From Phyllobates terribilis (lineage: Eukaryota), in NCBI RefSeq assembly GCF_046119375.1, contig NW_027362765.1, positions 395,870,001 to 395,934,000 of the forward strand: a DNA stretch of 64,000 nucleotides. Direction: 5' to 3'. The position numbers and the translations under genes are program-made. Positions 13,494-26,300 of this stretch are shown here, piece after piece. The notes under the pieces were generated by a model. The model saw nothing but the letters and a program-made list of their open reading frames with translations, ran no database searches and was not told where the DNA came from. Within the stretch, counting starts at the first letter, position 1. The number at the start of each line of letters is the position of its first letter.

Positions 13494-14340
13494 GTAGGTT
13501 ATGTAGTAGTAGAACTACTAGTCCCAGCATAGACTGCCGAACTACTGTCTGTAAATATATAAAATATTATTTTGTATTACATTCACTCCTCCCCCTCCAG
13601 TTTCCTAAGAGCCCAGGGGTGCAAGTGCCCTCTACCCACTTAGGAGCACGGGGGGGGCAGGTGGCTCATCCAACCCGCTGGTCGGAGCTGGGGGGCACTG
13701 ATGCTCTGAGTTAATAATACCCATTTTTAGCTTAAAGGGATTGTCACATGAAGGAGATGTCTTTCTAATTGTTCCCTCCAGCTCCCTAAGCGTCCAGTGG
13801 TGAAAGTGCCCTCCACCCACATAGAAGCTCAAGGGGGCCCTTCCACCCCCAGGAGGTAGCCCCGAGGGACTGTGGGGCCCTTCCGCCGCCAGGTGGCAGC
13901 CTCGAGTGGCTGTGGCCCGTTCTGCCCCCTGGTGGAAGTCTTCCATGAGAATAATGGATTGGACAAATTGAAATCCATCTGCTCGCCCCATATCTTTCCC
14001 AGCATCTACCATCAGTGGTGCTTTGGCACAGCTCCATACACACCCAGTCCTGCTGGTCTAATATGTCTGCACCTACCTGGTGGCGCCTCGTGGTTATCTC
14101 CGTCCAGAGTGTCAGCTGCCCGTTATCTGCACGGTTAATGTTCAACACTTCTGTCACGTCACTTTTGCTTGTACCAGGGCAGAATGACGGCTGTGTACCA
14201 GGTGTGACTCATGTACTTCCCAGCCTGGACAGCAGGAGGCGGCGGCGGCAATGCTGGTATATGTGACTCCACATCCCTGCGGCACACGGTGTAAGAGGTG
14301 ACATGTGGACATCAGATGTGAGGAGCAGCTGACTGGATCT

Positions 14341-17300
14341 ATGGCCAGGTAATTACGATAAATTCAAAAATTATGGTGTATGGGGGGCTGCAAAGAGGAT
14401 GAGGGTGGGGGGGGGGTGTCGCAAAATCACTAATTCTATGAGAATGCATCACTGCCGACCAGTTTTGTCCAGTCTGCAACTTTTTATCTGTTTTAAAACT
14501 ACAACTCCCAGCATGCCCCGGCTGTCAGAAGATACTGAGAGCTGTAGTTTTGTAATAGTTGGAGACCACAGCTGCAGCTCTGGATTTCCAACTCTTCAGC
14601 TGTTGTTAAAACACAAAAATTCAGCCTCAGGCTGTTGGGGCATGCTGGGAGTTGTAGTTTTGGAACAGCTGGTTGGGGAAAATGAATGTGGAAAAAAAGG
14701 GTTAATCAACGAACGTCCTGAGTCTTTGACTACCTGGGCTTTTACAATCTTGTTAGAAGATTTTGATTGTTGTCAGCTACTTAAAATAATAAAAAGTTTG
14801 AGGAGTTGTTCACCTTTTAGGGAACAATTTAATTTTTTTTATTTAAATATATGTATTTGGCGCTAAAACTTCTTCTTTTTTGTAATTAGTTTTCTTTAAA
14901 CTGTTGACTTTTTTTGGATCTTTGTTTCCCACCTTACTCAATTTTGATGCAGTCATAAATCAGAGACACCCAGGAAAGATCCACAGTTTCTCCCATAAAC
15001 TGTCAAAACGAGCTCACTGATGGATTCTCAGTTAGCTCATTTTGCAGCCCGCAATACGACAGTACAACATGGCGGCTATAGAAGGCAAATAGTGCAACAT
15101 TTTAAATTAAACCAAATTGCAATAGTGATTTTAAGCACTAACTACATGCATCCAAAAATTGTCCCCAAATGGTATCCATTGTTATTCAGGAAGCTGGCAC
15201 ATTTTACTAATCTATTTTTTCTTGTGTTTCAGGATTAGTTTCTCCTGCTTGTTTCCCGTGTCCTGGCACTGCAGCCTGCCCTCTGTCACACAGTTTTCCC
15301 GGCAGCGAGTGGCCATTCTGGTGATTTTTATTGTAACCTTCCTGGTTATTCTGGTGACTGTTGCAGACCCCACAATCTGGGGCGGCAGGGCGGTCCGTGA
15401 TCATCAATTTAGGAGGTTAGTAATATCTCTTGTAACGTCATATACCATTGAACCCCATGTAGGGCGCTCTGCCCTGAGAAAAATCTGCGGCTACTTTTTT
15501 AATAAAACGATCTTTTGACATAATATGCAAATTAAATGTTCGGTGCACTGTGGGCACTCCGGAGCACCTTCCCACAGCTCATCCCTCTGCTTCATTGATT
15601 GACAGCCCTGATTTTACTGCATGCACAGATTGCCCCACAATAGCCTTTCTCCTGAAGTTGGCTGCCCATCCCTCAATAGTGGGACAATCTGCCAGGGCAC
15701 ATGGCCACTAACAAAGAGAGACCCCAACTCTGCTGGATCTTGCCCATCCCTGTAGTACATGGTGAGTCTTTGGGACCTGATCTTGGCTTTGGAATATGAA
15801 AAGGATTGTTTCCATTCACCGACATCTTGAATTTCGCAAGGAATATTATCTGCAAAGCAAGTTAGAAAGTTACGTAATGTTTCTGCATGGATAAAAGTCC
15901 TGTAATCCAGCACCTGTTCACTGCCAAAGAACAGGCCATTATTCTAAACCCTTCTTGCAGCTACAGTACAAGACCTAGATCTTTAATCTTGGCATCTTAT
16001 TAATATTCCGGGCACAACAAGAAGAAGAGTTCTACTCTCCAATTCTGGGAGATTTTTTCTTGTTATCACCACATTCACACCCTGTCAGTGTCATTTCTGT
16101 CCTGTACAGTCCTCCCAGGGGACGGAGGCAGGAACCTTTCTTCATGTTATCAGCCACTTTACAGCTTGTTGCTGTCACCTCGTTCCCTGTGCCGCCACCA
16201 GTGACTCCTGGGGGGAGGATACAGGAACTTTTCTTCTTGTGATCACCTCCCGTTACCAATTCCTTCTCACATTTCCTACTTAATTGTTGAGAACAGGAGC
16301 AGCTATACCTGTAATCGCCCACTGAACTTAGTCAGATGTTTCAGAAATATTTCATGAATATACAACGATATGTGCATGTAAATAAGTTACATCTGTTAAT
16401 CCTGAATATTTTATTTTTAGTATGTTTTTGAAGCAAAAAAAAAAAAAAAAAGGTTCCTTTTTATGCCATAGTTATCCAACCCATTCTAGAAAACTAAGTA
16501 TGACTTGAGAAACTGTCACTTCTTTGGAAATGTGTCTCTTAGTATTATTTATGTCATCATATTTCATAGTGCTTTATATACATTGTCATCCCTGACTCCA
16601 TTGGGGCTCACAATCTACATTCCCTATCAGTATGTCTTTGGAGTGTGGGAGGAAACCGGAGAACCTGGAGGAAACCCACACAAACACGGGGAGAACATAC
16701 AAACTCCTTGCAGATGTTTTCCTTGGTGGGATTTGAATCCAGGACCCCAGAGCTGCAAGGCTGAAGTGCTAACCACTGAGCCACTGGGCTGCCTTGCTAA
16801 ATACTTGTACCACACATAAAATTATAATTCTGAAGCTTCTCTTGAGCGGCACAATTCAGATTTCTCACCTCACCAATTCCTCCTACAAATGTGTGGATAC
16901 ATTGGCGTTCTTCTGTACGGACGCCTGTGTCCCTACACAGACAGTCACAACACACTTCCAAGCAAATATGCTCCCATATTGTGAGATAAAATAACTGGTG
17001 CTTTATACAGTTGTTTTTTTTTTTAATTTTTTTTATTTTTTTTTTAATTTAACATTTATTGATTTATTTTTAATCACTGTGTTCTAAGTGGTTTAATTTC
17101 TCTATCGCTTCATTGGGGGACACAGGACCATTGGTGTATGCTGCTGACACTAGGCAAAAAAGTAAAATAGCTCCTCCTCCGCAGTATACACCCGCCTACA
17201 GGCATCAAGCTCACCAGTTTAAGCTTAGTGTCTGTAGGAGGTAGACCTGGATCTTCACAGATCCAACCTTGTTGTGTTTATTAATCCTTGTTTTTTCTCT

Positions 17301-20300
17301 TTCAGATACAGCTCTTCAGGCTAACAGGGAGGACTGCGTCCCCTGTTAACCCACAAACAACCGAGAGAGCAGTGTGGCTACCCCCACATCGCCCACTCTT
17401 GGACCCGCTGGGCAGGACTTATCCCTTGTCACCTTAGGGTGTCTCAGGGTGATTTCGGTGGCCAGTCCTAGCCTGTTCCCCACCCCAGCCCCCTCCTCGG
17501 AGCGGCCTGGGAGGGAGGCGGTGGTCCCTGCGGGTGACCTTCCCCCAGTTTTTCTTGGGTTGACACCTTCTCCTGCACTGTCCAGGACCGGACAGTGCGG
17601 GAAGGAGGAAAAGCCAGGATCCCCCCCCTATCCAGGAAGGCATCCTGAGACCATCCTCAGAAAGACAAAGGGGCGGACGATTCCCAGACCCGCTAAGACA
17701 GGTACTTCTCTGTCTTTCAGCTGTAGGTCCCAGTCCTCCGGCGTTACCTGCCTTCCTCCCCCCTCCCCCTCTCACCAAACATGGCGCTTAACAGCTCTTC
17801 CCTGGGCCACTTCCTCCTCCTTCTTCTTCATTATGCGCGGCAAATCTGCCGCGCTTTTCTCAGTCGGGGGGCGTGTCCGGTGGGCGGTCCCGCTCCGACT
17901 GCTATACGCCCCCTCCTATTTGACCAACCAGGGCCGAGGAGCATAGTGACGCTTCCGTCACGCCTTCGAGCCTTCCACGGACCTATCAACGGGGGGCCTC
18001 TCAAGCCCGCCCCCCTTCCCATCCGCCTATCGGAGCCTCGACGCGCTCCGTCATCAACGCAGCGTCCTCTGCTCCTCCCCCTACACCGACGCCATCACTC
18101 TGCTGCACGCAGCTCCCTACTCCGTCGACACCTACTGTGACCTGCTCCAGCCTCTCCTCGGAGCCTTCAGGGGGACACGGGACCGCTTCTCTGCAGGATC
18201 GGGTAGGCTCTGTCCTGACACTGACCCCCACCCTTCCCTGCTCACAGCGCCCCCCTCTGCAGTATCCCTCGTCAGGCACATATGCCCAAACCCAGGGAGC
18301 TCTCAGTTCGTCCCTCTCACATTGTCACATACTACGCCTGTGCTCTCTGCGGTACTAAGTGGCCCGCGGGTCTCACTACGGCCTTCTGCTCGACCTGCAA
18401 ACCTCCCGCCATGCTGGCACCCCAAGATCCCCCGCCGCTCAGGACGTGGTAACCCCCACCCCTCCGGAGTGGGCTGTTGCTATGTCAGTCTGTCTCTGAC
18501 CTCACCAAGGTTTCTCAATCTCTGGTGCAGGTCTTAGAGCGCTTGCCAGAACGTTTACCTATGTTATCCACGGCCACCAGCTCTCCGAACGTCCCCACAG
18601 ACGATTCGCAGGCACCACTGCCCCCTCCTCACAAGGGCAGACTGATGGCACGTTCTCAGAAACGGACTCACACAAGCTCATCCTCCAACTCTCCAGACTC
18701 CAAGATGCTCCCTGCGTCTCACACCTCTTCCCCGGAGGTCGCCCCGGGATCTAACTCTGCTTTAGATTCAGACTCTGGTTCCGATACAGACCAGTATTCT
18801 AAGATCCAGGACATGATAGACAGCCTTATAACGGCTGTCAATCAGACTCTGCATGTTACAGAAGACGAGAGCCCTTCCCGGGACTACTCAGTTTCCTTCA
18901 AAAAGATTAAGCGTCCTGCACGCACTTTTTCTAACCATGCAGAATTTGACAGTGTTTTTCAAAAGCAGTGGGAGCATCCAGAAAAGCGCTTTACAGGAAA
19001 GAAGCAGTTAAACGTCCTATACCCCTTTAACCATGACCTTGTCAGCAAATGGACGGAGTCCCCATCGGTGGACCCGCCCGTCGGTACTGTCTCTTCCAGA
19101 TGGTTCCTCCCTTAAGGATACCACGGATAGACAGGTTGAGGCCCTCACTAAGTCAGCCTTTGAGGCCGCGGGCACCTCCCTTTGCTTCAATTTGGGTATC
19201 AAAAGCGGTGTCCGCATGGGCCAAACAGCTCAGACAGGGCATCCTAGCAGGGGCCTCCCCGGACGATCTGGCCGACTTAGCTTATCAAATCGGCCACGCT
19301 GGAAAATATCTACTTACGGCGTCCCTCGACTCCGCTGCATGCTCAGCTCGGGTTTCCAGTAATCTCGTTGCCTTACGTAGAATTCTTTGGCTTAAAGCCT
19401 GGAACGCCGACCCGGCTTCCAAAAGATCTCTAACTAATCTTCCTTTTCAAGGTTCCAGACTGTTTGGATCCAAGCTAGACCAGATCATCTCTGATGCTAC
19501 TGGGGGTAAGAGCACCTCTCTCCCCCAGCCCAGACCCAAACGCCCTTTTCCTAGGAGACGCCCCCTTCAGTTACGGTCCTTTCGTCAGTTCGCTCAACCT
19601 AACCCCTCCTCTCGACAGGACCATACTCCAGCACAGCGGGACAGTCGTAAGCCCTCCTTTAGGCCCACGCCTAACTGGCGCCCAAAGGGTCGCTCCTCCA
19701 AGTCCTCTGGATCACAATCACGATCCAACAGGCAGGGCCGCGCCTCAGGAGAATGGTCTCTCCATCCCGAGGTGTTTCACCAAATCTACTTATGGTGGGG
19801 CACGCCGGACGTCGACCTCATGGCGTCCTGGTTAAACCACAAGGTTCCGTCCTTTGTAGCTCGGTCCCGGGATCCGCTAGCAATCGCCCAGGACGCGCTA
19901 GTCATATCATGGTCACAGTTCCAACTGCCCTATCTCTTTCCACCTCTACCTTTGATGCCTCGAGTCATCAAAAAGGTCAAGACAGAGGGAGTACCAGTTC
20001 TAGTGGCCCCAGATTGGCCCAGATGCTTCTGGTATGCAGATCTGGTAAATCTGCTTGTCGACTCCCCCTGGAGACTACCAGACCGTCCGGTCCTCCTCTC
20101 TCAGGGTCCTATTCTTCATCAGAGTTATCATTCTCTGAATTTAATGGAATGGCCGTTGAGGCCGCGGTGTTGAAGACGGCGGGCTTTACTGACAATGTCA
20201 TTCAGACCCTAATTAACGCCAGAAAACCCGCTACCTCGTGCATATACCACAGAACTTGGAGAGCCTTTTTTCGTCACTGCGAACAGGATCAGCTAACTCC

Positions 20301-23300
20301 TATGTCCTTTTCTTTGCCAGTCATTTTGGCTTTTCTTCAGTCTGGCCTGGAGGCGGGACTCTCTCTCAGCACTCTCAAGGGCCAAGTTTCGGCCTTGTCC
20401 ATTCTATTCCAACGTAACTTAGCTAGCCGTCCTCAGGTCAGGACTTTTCTACAAGGGGTGGCCCACCTGGCGTCCCCCCTATAGCCCTCCAGTGGAACCA
20501 TGGGACCTTAATATGGTCCTAAGCGTCCTACAACAGCCTCCATTTGAACCCATTCAGGACATTCCAGCCTCTCTTCTTTCCTGGAAGGTGGCTTTTCTGG
20601 TGGCTGTTACCTCTATTAGAAGGGTCGCTGAACTCGCAGCCCTCTCTTGTCGGTCGCCTTTTCTGGTATTCCATCAAGACAAAGTAGTGCTCAGGCCGGT
20701 GCCTTCCTATCTGCCAAAGGTGGTTTCCGCTTTTCACATTAATGAGGACATCCTTTTGCCCTGCTCCAGTGCATCCACGGGAAAAGTCCCTGCACAAACT
20801 GGATCTGGTCAGAGCTCTGCGTGTGTACCTTTCTAGAACGGCCTCCCTTCGGCGCTTGGATGCCCTTTTTGTCATCCCTGAGGGGCATCGCAAGGGTCTC
20901 CCTGCTTCCAAGTCAACCATCGCCCGTTGGATACGTTTGACCATTTTGGAGGCATATCGCATCTCGGGCAAACCTCCCCCTCCCGGAGTAAGGGCTCACT
21001 CCACCTGGGCGGTGGGGGCCTCTTGGGTGGTCCGCCATCAGGCTTCGGCCTCTCAAATCTGTAAAGCCGTGACGTGGTCTTCACTCCACACCTTTTTCAA
21101 GGTCCACACTTATTCTTCGGCTGACGCCAGTCTTGGACAGAAGGTTCTGCAGGCGGCAGTTGCCGCAGTCTGACCTAGTCTGTGACTATCTTCTGTTCTC
21201 CCACCCAAGGGACTGCTTTGGGACGTCCCATGGTCCTGTGTCCCCCAATGAAGCGATAGAGAGAGAGAGGGATTTTTGGTATTCGCCGTAAAATCTTTCT
21301 TGGAGCCTTCATTGGGGGACACAGCACCCTCCTTGTGTTTGGACCTATGTCCTGTTGGCCCTGTTGGGCATCTCATTTAGTTTTTCACAGTTGTGCCCCA
21401 TTGGGCATTGCATAGTTGGTTATTTTATGCTTCTCCTACTGCTCTAGCCACTAACTGGTGAGCTTGGTGCCTGTAGGCGGGTGTATACTGCGGAGGAGGA
21501 GCTATTTTCCTTTTTTGCCTAGTGTCAACCTCCTAGCGACAGCAGCATACACCCATGGTCCTGTATCCCCCAATGAAGGCTCCAAGAAAGAGATTTTACT
21601 GTGAGTACCAAAATTCCCTCTTTTTCAGCTAACATCCATATTGGGGCTTGTTTTTTTCACTAGATGGACCTGTATTTTTAAAGATGCCATTTTGGAATAC
21701 AATAAATCCTTTTATTTTTTTTCAGAGGTCGGAGGGAATATAAGAAAAAAAACATTAAAAAAAACAGCAATTAGGAAATAAAATTTAACATTTGTTTATA
21801 TTTTATATTGTTTTTGCATTTTTCTACTTTTGTGCAATAAAATCCAATGGAAAAAAATAAAAAATTTTTGTGTGACGCAATATCCCAAGAGCCGTAACTT
21901 TTTTTTTTTATTATTATTTTTCCGGCGACGGAGCTGCGCGAGGGCTTGTTTATTGCGGCATGAGGTTGTCATTGGATCTTTTTTGGAGTATGTTTTTGAT
22001 GCCTCTTTATTGCATTGTTTTGGAGGCTTATAAAGGGAAAAAGAAAATAAAATAATTTTGGCATTGTCTTTTGTCAGGGATTAAATAAAGTGAGATATTT
22101 ATAGCTGGGTCATTACGAACATGGCGATTATTGCTTATGTGTCTTTTGTTTTCTTTTTACATAAATATTAATGTGGCAAAAAAACTAAACTACGATTTTA
22201 TTTTTTTATAGATTTTTTTTTTTTTCCTTTTCTGGTTCTATATTTTTTTTTAAATTTTTTTTTTTTTAGATTTTTTTTATTTTCATATTTTATGCTCAAA
22301 TTCTTTTAGACCAATAGTGATGGGGGTGGGAAGTTTGATGTCTGAGCGAAGCTCGGCTATCTGTCTACTTAAATACTGTTGTTTTCTGTTGCCAGCAGCA
22401 TCTTAGGGCTTAAACTGCGGGGAGTAATGTGTTCATCAATCCCTGCAGGTTCACCGCCTTGTGTATGTCAGTCGGGCTCCTACAGGTAGTAGACATAGAT
22501 ATTCGTCATGGAGCGCTTAACAAGCTATCATAAAGGATACATATATTACAATATGTGGCGTTAAGGAGTCTAACTCTGTTTTAGTGTCAGTTCACACTTT
22601 GCAGTGTTGTCCTGTAACCTAATGACGCGCGTTCCTCGCTGCCCTGTTTCTTGCCGTCCCGCCAGGTGCTGCCGTTCCCACTCCTCCCCGCAGCTGTCTC
22701 CAGGGTCAGACGTGGCGGTGAAGTCCCATATGCCTTCACACTTGTTGAAGTGATTCCCAGCTCGGCAGCTGCTGTTCGGAGGCTTGAAAAACTTTGCAAA
22801 CGATTAAAGTCTTTAGATAATTATCCGTCTTACCGTTGACTCATTAGACATTTTTCCCTCTCTTGTCTTAAGATAATTTGGTGAAAACCATAATCGGGGT
22901 CACATCCTGGTGCAGACATCAAAGGGTGTGAGAATGCGATGGAGGCTCGTGCAGATTACTGCTGTGCAGCTGTCACTGAGGATGACCAGATTCACAGGAG
23001 GATAGCTGGCACTTGTAGTGTCTGCAGGTCGTCTCATCAGGACCAATGAGGGCACATGGATGTCGTAGGGAGGGGAACCCAATTGTGTCCCCTTTGTTTG
23101 CATAGACTTCGGCTTTTAATACTTATTAGTCTTATTACATGACAACGAATTTTCTACTGGAGTTGTAATCTGACAATACACTATATGGACAAAAGTATGT
23201 GCCCCCGCTTAGTTGGACATACAGAAGCATTTCTGACCTTCCATTCTACATCCATAGACACTAATAATGAGTCGGCCCCTCTGAAAATATAACGGCTTCC

Positions 23301-26300
23301 GGATTTTGGAGGCGTCTGGGGGAATTTTTTTCCCCTTCATCCAGAAAAGCATTTGTAGGAGAAGGTCGGGCCCACTATCTCCTTTCTAGGTGTTGGATGG
23401 GGTTGAGGTCCGGGTCATGTTCTTCCACCAAACTCCCCCAATCTTGTCTGTATGGACCTTGTGCGCTGAAGCTACAATTGTCCACAACGTCTTGTGCTGA
23501 AGGATTAAGATTTCCTTTCACTGGAACTAAGGGCCCAATGCTGACCCCTGATAACAAGCCCATAGCATTATACTGCTCCACCGAACTGTGCAGGGGGCAC
23601 TATGCAGTGGGGGTAACGTTCTCATGGCATTCGCCAAACCCAGACTCCTCCATCAGACGCAGATAGAGAAGTGCGATCTGTCACTGCACAGAACACGTCT
23701 CCTCCAGAGTCCAGTGGTGGCAGCATTACACCACTCCATCCGACGCTCGGCATTGTGCTTGGTGATGTACGGCTGCATGAAGCTCCCGGTGGGGGTGCAG
23801 TGTTGTGCTGATACCAGAGGAGGTTTGGACTCTGCAGTTATGGGGTCAGCTGAGTGGTGGGGACTTTTCTGTCCTCTGCTCCTCAGCACTCGGCCCCCCG
23901 CTCTGTAACATTACGGGGGCCTCCATCCACTTCATGGCTAACGTTACGTGAGCTGAAAACCACCAAAAATCCAAACATGGCTATTTGATTGCAAGTCTTC
24001 CATGACCCTCTCACCACAGACTGCAGTTGAGTTGTGTGTGACGAGCTTGTGACTAAATCGCAGCTCTGAGGAGGCACTAGTTGCTCCAATTCACACACAT
24101 TTTTTGGTCATGCAACTCTTCCAAAGCCTTATGCATGAAGCTGTAGCAGCAGGCGTCCTGGACTAATGGATCACCTTCCCTGTATATCATGTGGACGACC
24201 GGGTGCAGATTTATCTTATCTGGGTAACGATGGCACCAGGGTGCACAATGGAAATAGCACAAGTTGTGGAGGCAGAGTGATGATCTGGCCGACGATCTGC
24301 TAGAAAACCTCGGTTCCTGACATTCTTGTGCAGTCACGGCCAAAACTTTTCAGACTGACACAAATTTTGTTTTTTTACAGTTTGCTTCAGTGCTTTCGAT
24401 CTTTTAGTTAGATGTTTCTACAGTTATTGAAGTACGATTATAAACCTTTCATAAGCTCTTAAACTGTTATTGACAAACACATCAAGTTTATGCAAAGACT
24501 CAATATTTCCAATGTTGAACCTTATTTTTCAAGACTTCTGCTCTTCTCCCCGGCAGCTGGATACTTATGGGCCAAATCCTGGCTGATGACCGCCCGTTCT
24601 TGTCTCATCAGTGCTCAGAGTTTATCACAGTTTCAGGGTTTTTGTTTGTAGCTTTTTGAGGATTGACTATAGGTTGTCAATGGGAGTGATGAGATCTGGA
24701 GCGTTTCCTGGCCACGGACCCACAATTTCAATGTTATATTCACCGTACCGCTTAGTTATCACTTTTGTCCTGTGACATGGTCTCCTTCATGCTGGAAAAA
24801 AATATTGTTCATCACCAAATTTCTCCTGGATGGTCGGGAGAAGTTCCTCTTGGAGGATGTTTAGATCCCATTCTTTATTCATGGTAGGCAAAATTGAGTG
24901 AGCCCCCTCCATGGGTGAGAAGCCCCCCATATCAATGGTCACAGGATGCTTTACTGCTGGCATGACACAGGACTCATGGCGGCATCACCTTTTATTCTCC
25001 AGACAATTATTCTTCCAGATGTCCCAAACAGTCTGAAGGAGGCTTCATCAGAGAAAATAACTTTTACTCCCGTCCTTAGCAGTCCAGTCCCTGTATGTCC
25101 TGTAGAGCGTCAGTCTGTTCTTAATGTTTTTCTTGGAGAGAAGTGACTTCTTTGCTTCTTGACGCCATAAGACAGTTTAGCGATCAAATGTAATCTATGG
25201 GAAAGCCTGAAAAATGTTAACTTTTCCTGCAGGGCTGCCGCAGGCGAAACTACACATATCACACTGTCCATTCACCTCAATGGGCTTTGTGTATATTACA
25301 GGATAGGACCGTTCCTCCAGAACGAGAGACGTTCATTGTAACAGCTGTCCTCTCTGTACAAGAAAAAGAGATTCTGATCCCACCCCCCCCCCCCCTTTAT
25401 TTACTCTGCTTCCTAATGACATTTCTAAAAATGGGCAACCTGTTTAAATGGTTTCTGTACTTCCAGGCAACCTACATAAATATCGTACGGGAAGTGGGGG
25501 CGGGCCTTTGCCTCTGTACGGGAAGTGGGGGCGGGCCTTTGCCTCTGTACGGGAAGTGGGGGCGGGCCTTTGCCTCTGTACGGGAAGTGGGGGCGGGCCT
25601 TTGCCTCTGTACGGGAAGTGGGGGCGGGCCTTTGCCTCTGTATGGGAAGTGGGGGCGGGCCTTTGCCTCTGTACGGGAAGTGGGGGCAGGCCTTTGCCTC
25701 TGTACGGGAAGTGGGGGCGGGCCTTTGCCTCTGTACGGGAAGTGGGGGCGGGCCTTTGCCTCTGTACGGGAAGTGGGGGCGGGCCTTTGCCTCTGTACGG
25801 GAAGTGGGGGCGGGCCTTTGCCTCTGTACGGGAAGTGGGGGCGGGCCTTTGCCTCTGTACGGGAAGTGGGGGCGGGCCTTTGCCTCTGTACGGGAAGTGG
25901 GGGCGGGCCTTTGCCTCTGTACGGGAAGTGGGGGCGGGCCTTTGCCTCTGTACGGGAAGTGGGGGCGGGCCTTTGCCTCTGTACGGGAAGTGGGGGCGGG
26001 CCTTTGCCTCTGTACGGGAAGTGGGGGTGGGCCTTTGCCTCTGTATGGGAAGTGGGGGCGGGCCTTTGCCTCTGTATGGGAAGTGGGGGCGGGCCTTTGC
26101 CTCTGTATGGGAAGTGGGGGCGGGCCTTTGCCTCTGTATGGGAAGTGGGGGCGGGCCTTTGCCTCTGTATGGGAAGTGGGGGCGGGCCTTTGCCTCTGTA
26201 TGGGAAGTGGGGGCGGGCCTTTGCCTCTGTATGGGAAGTGGGGGCGGGCCTTTGCCTCTGTATGGGCAGTGGGGGCGGGCCTTTGCCTCTGTACGGGCAG

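Larger units (their letters stand above)
17097..21625 (+). mobile_element. DIRS-type tyrosine-recombinase retrotransposon, internally deleted and non-autonomous
   Basis: Inverted terminal repeats at about 17097-17220 and 21450-21625. An internal complementary region at about 21229-21324 matches both ends. Carries gag-like fragments, the pol C-terminal methyltransferase-like domain and YR remnants; no RT motifs seen. Confidence 0.92.

Noticed and set aside
22540-23103. Coding-looking stretch with several 60-70 aa ORFs, a possible processed pseudogene
   Set aside because: No frame gave a recognisable protein; a TBLASTX search would be needed.
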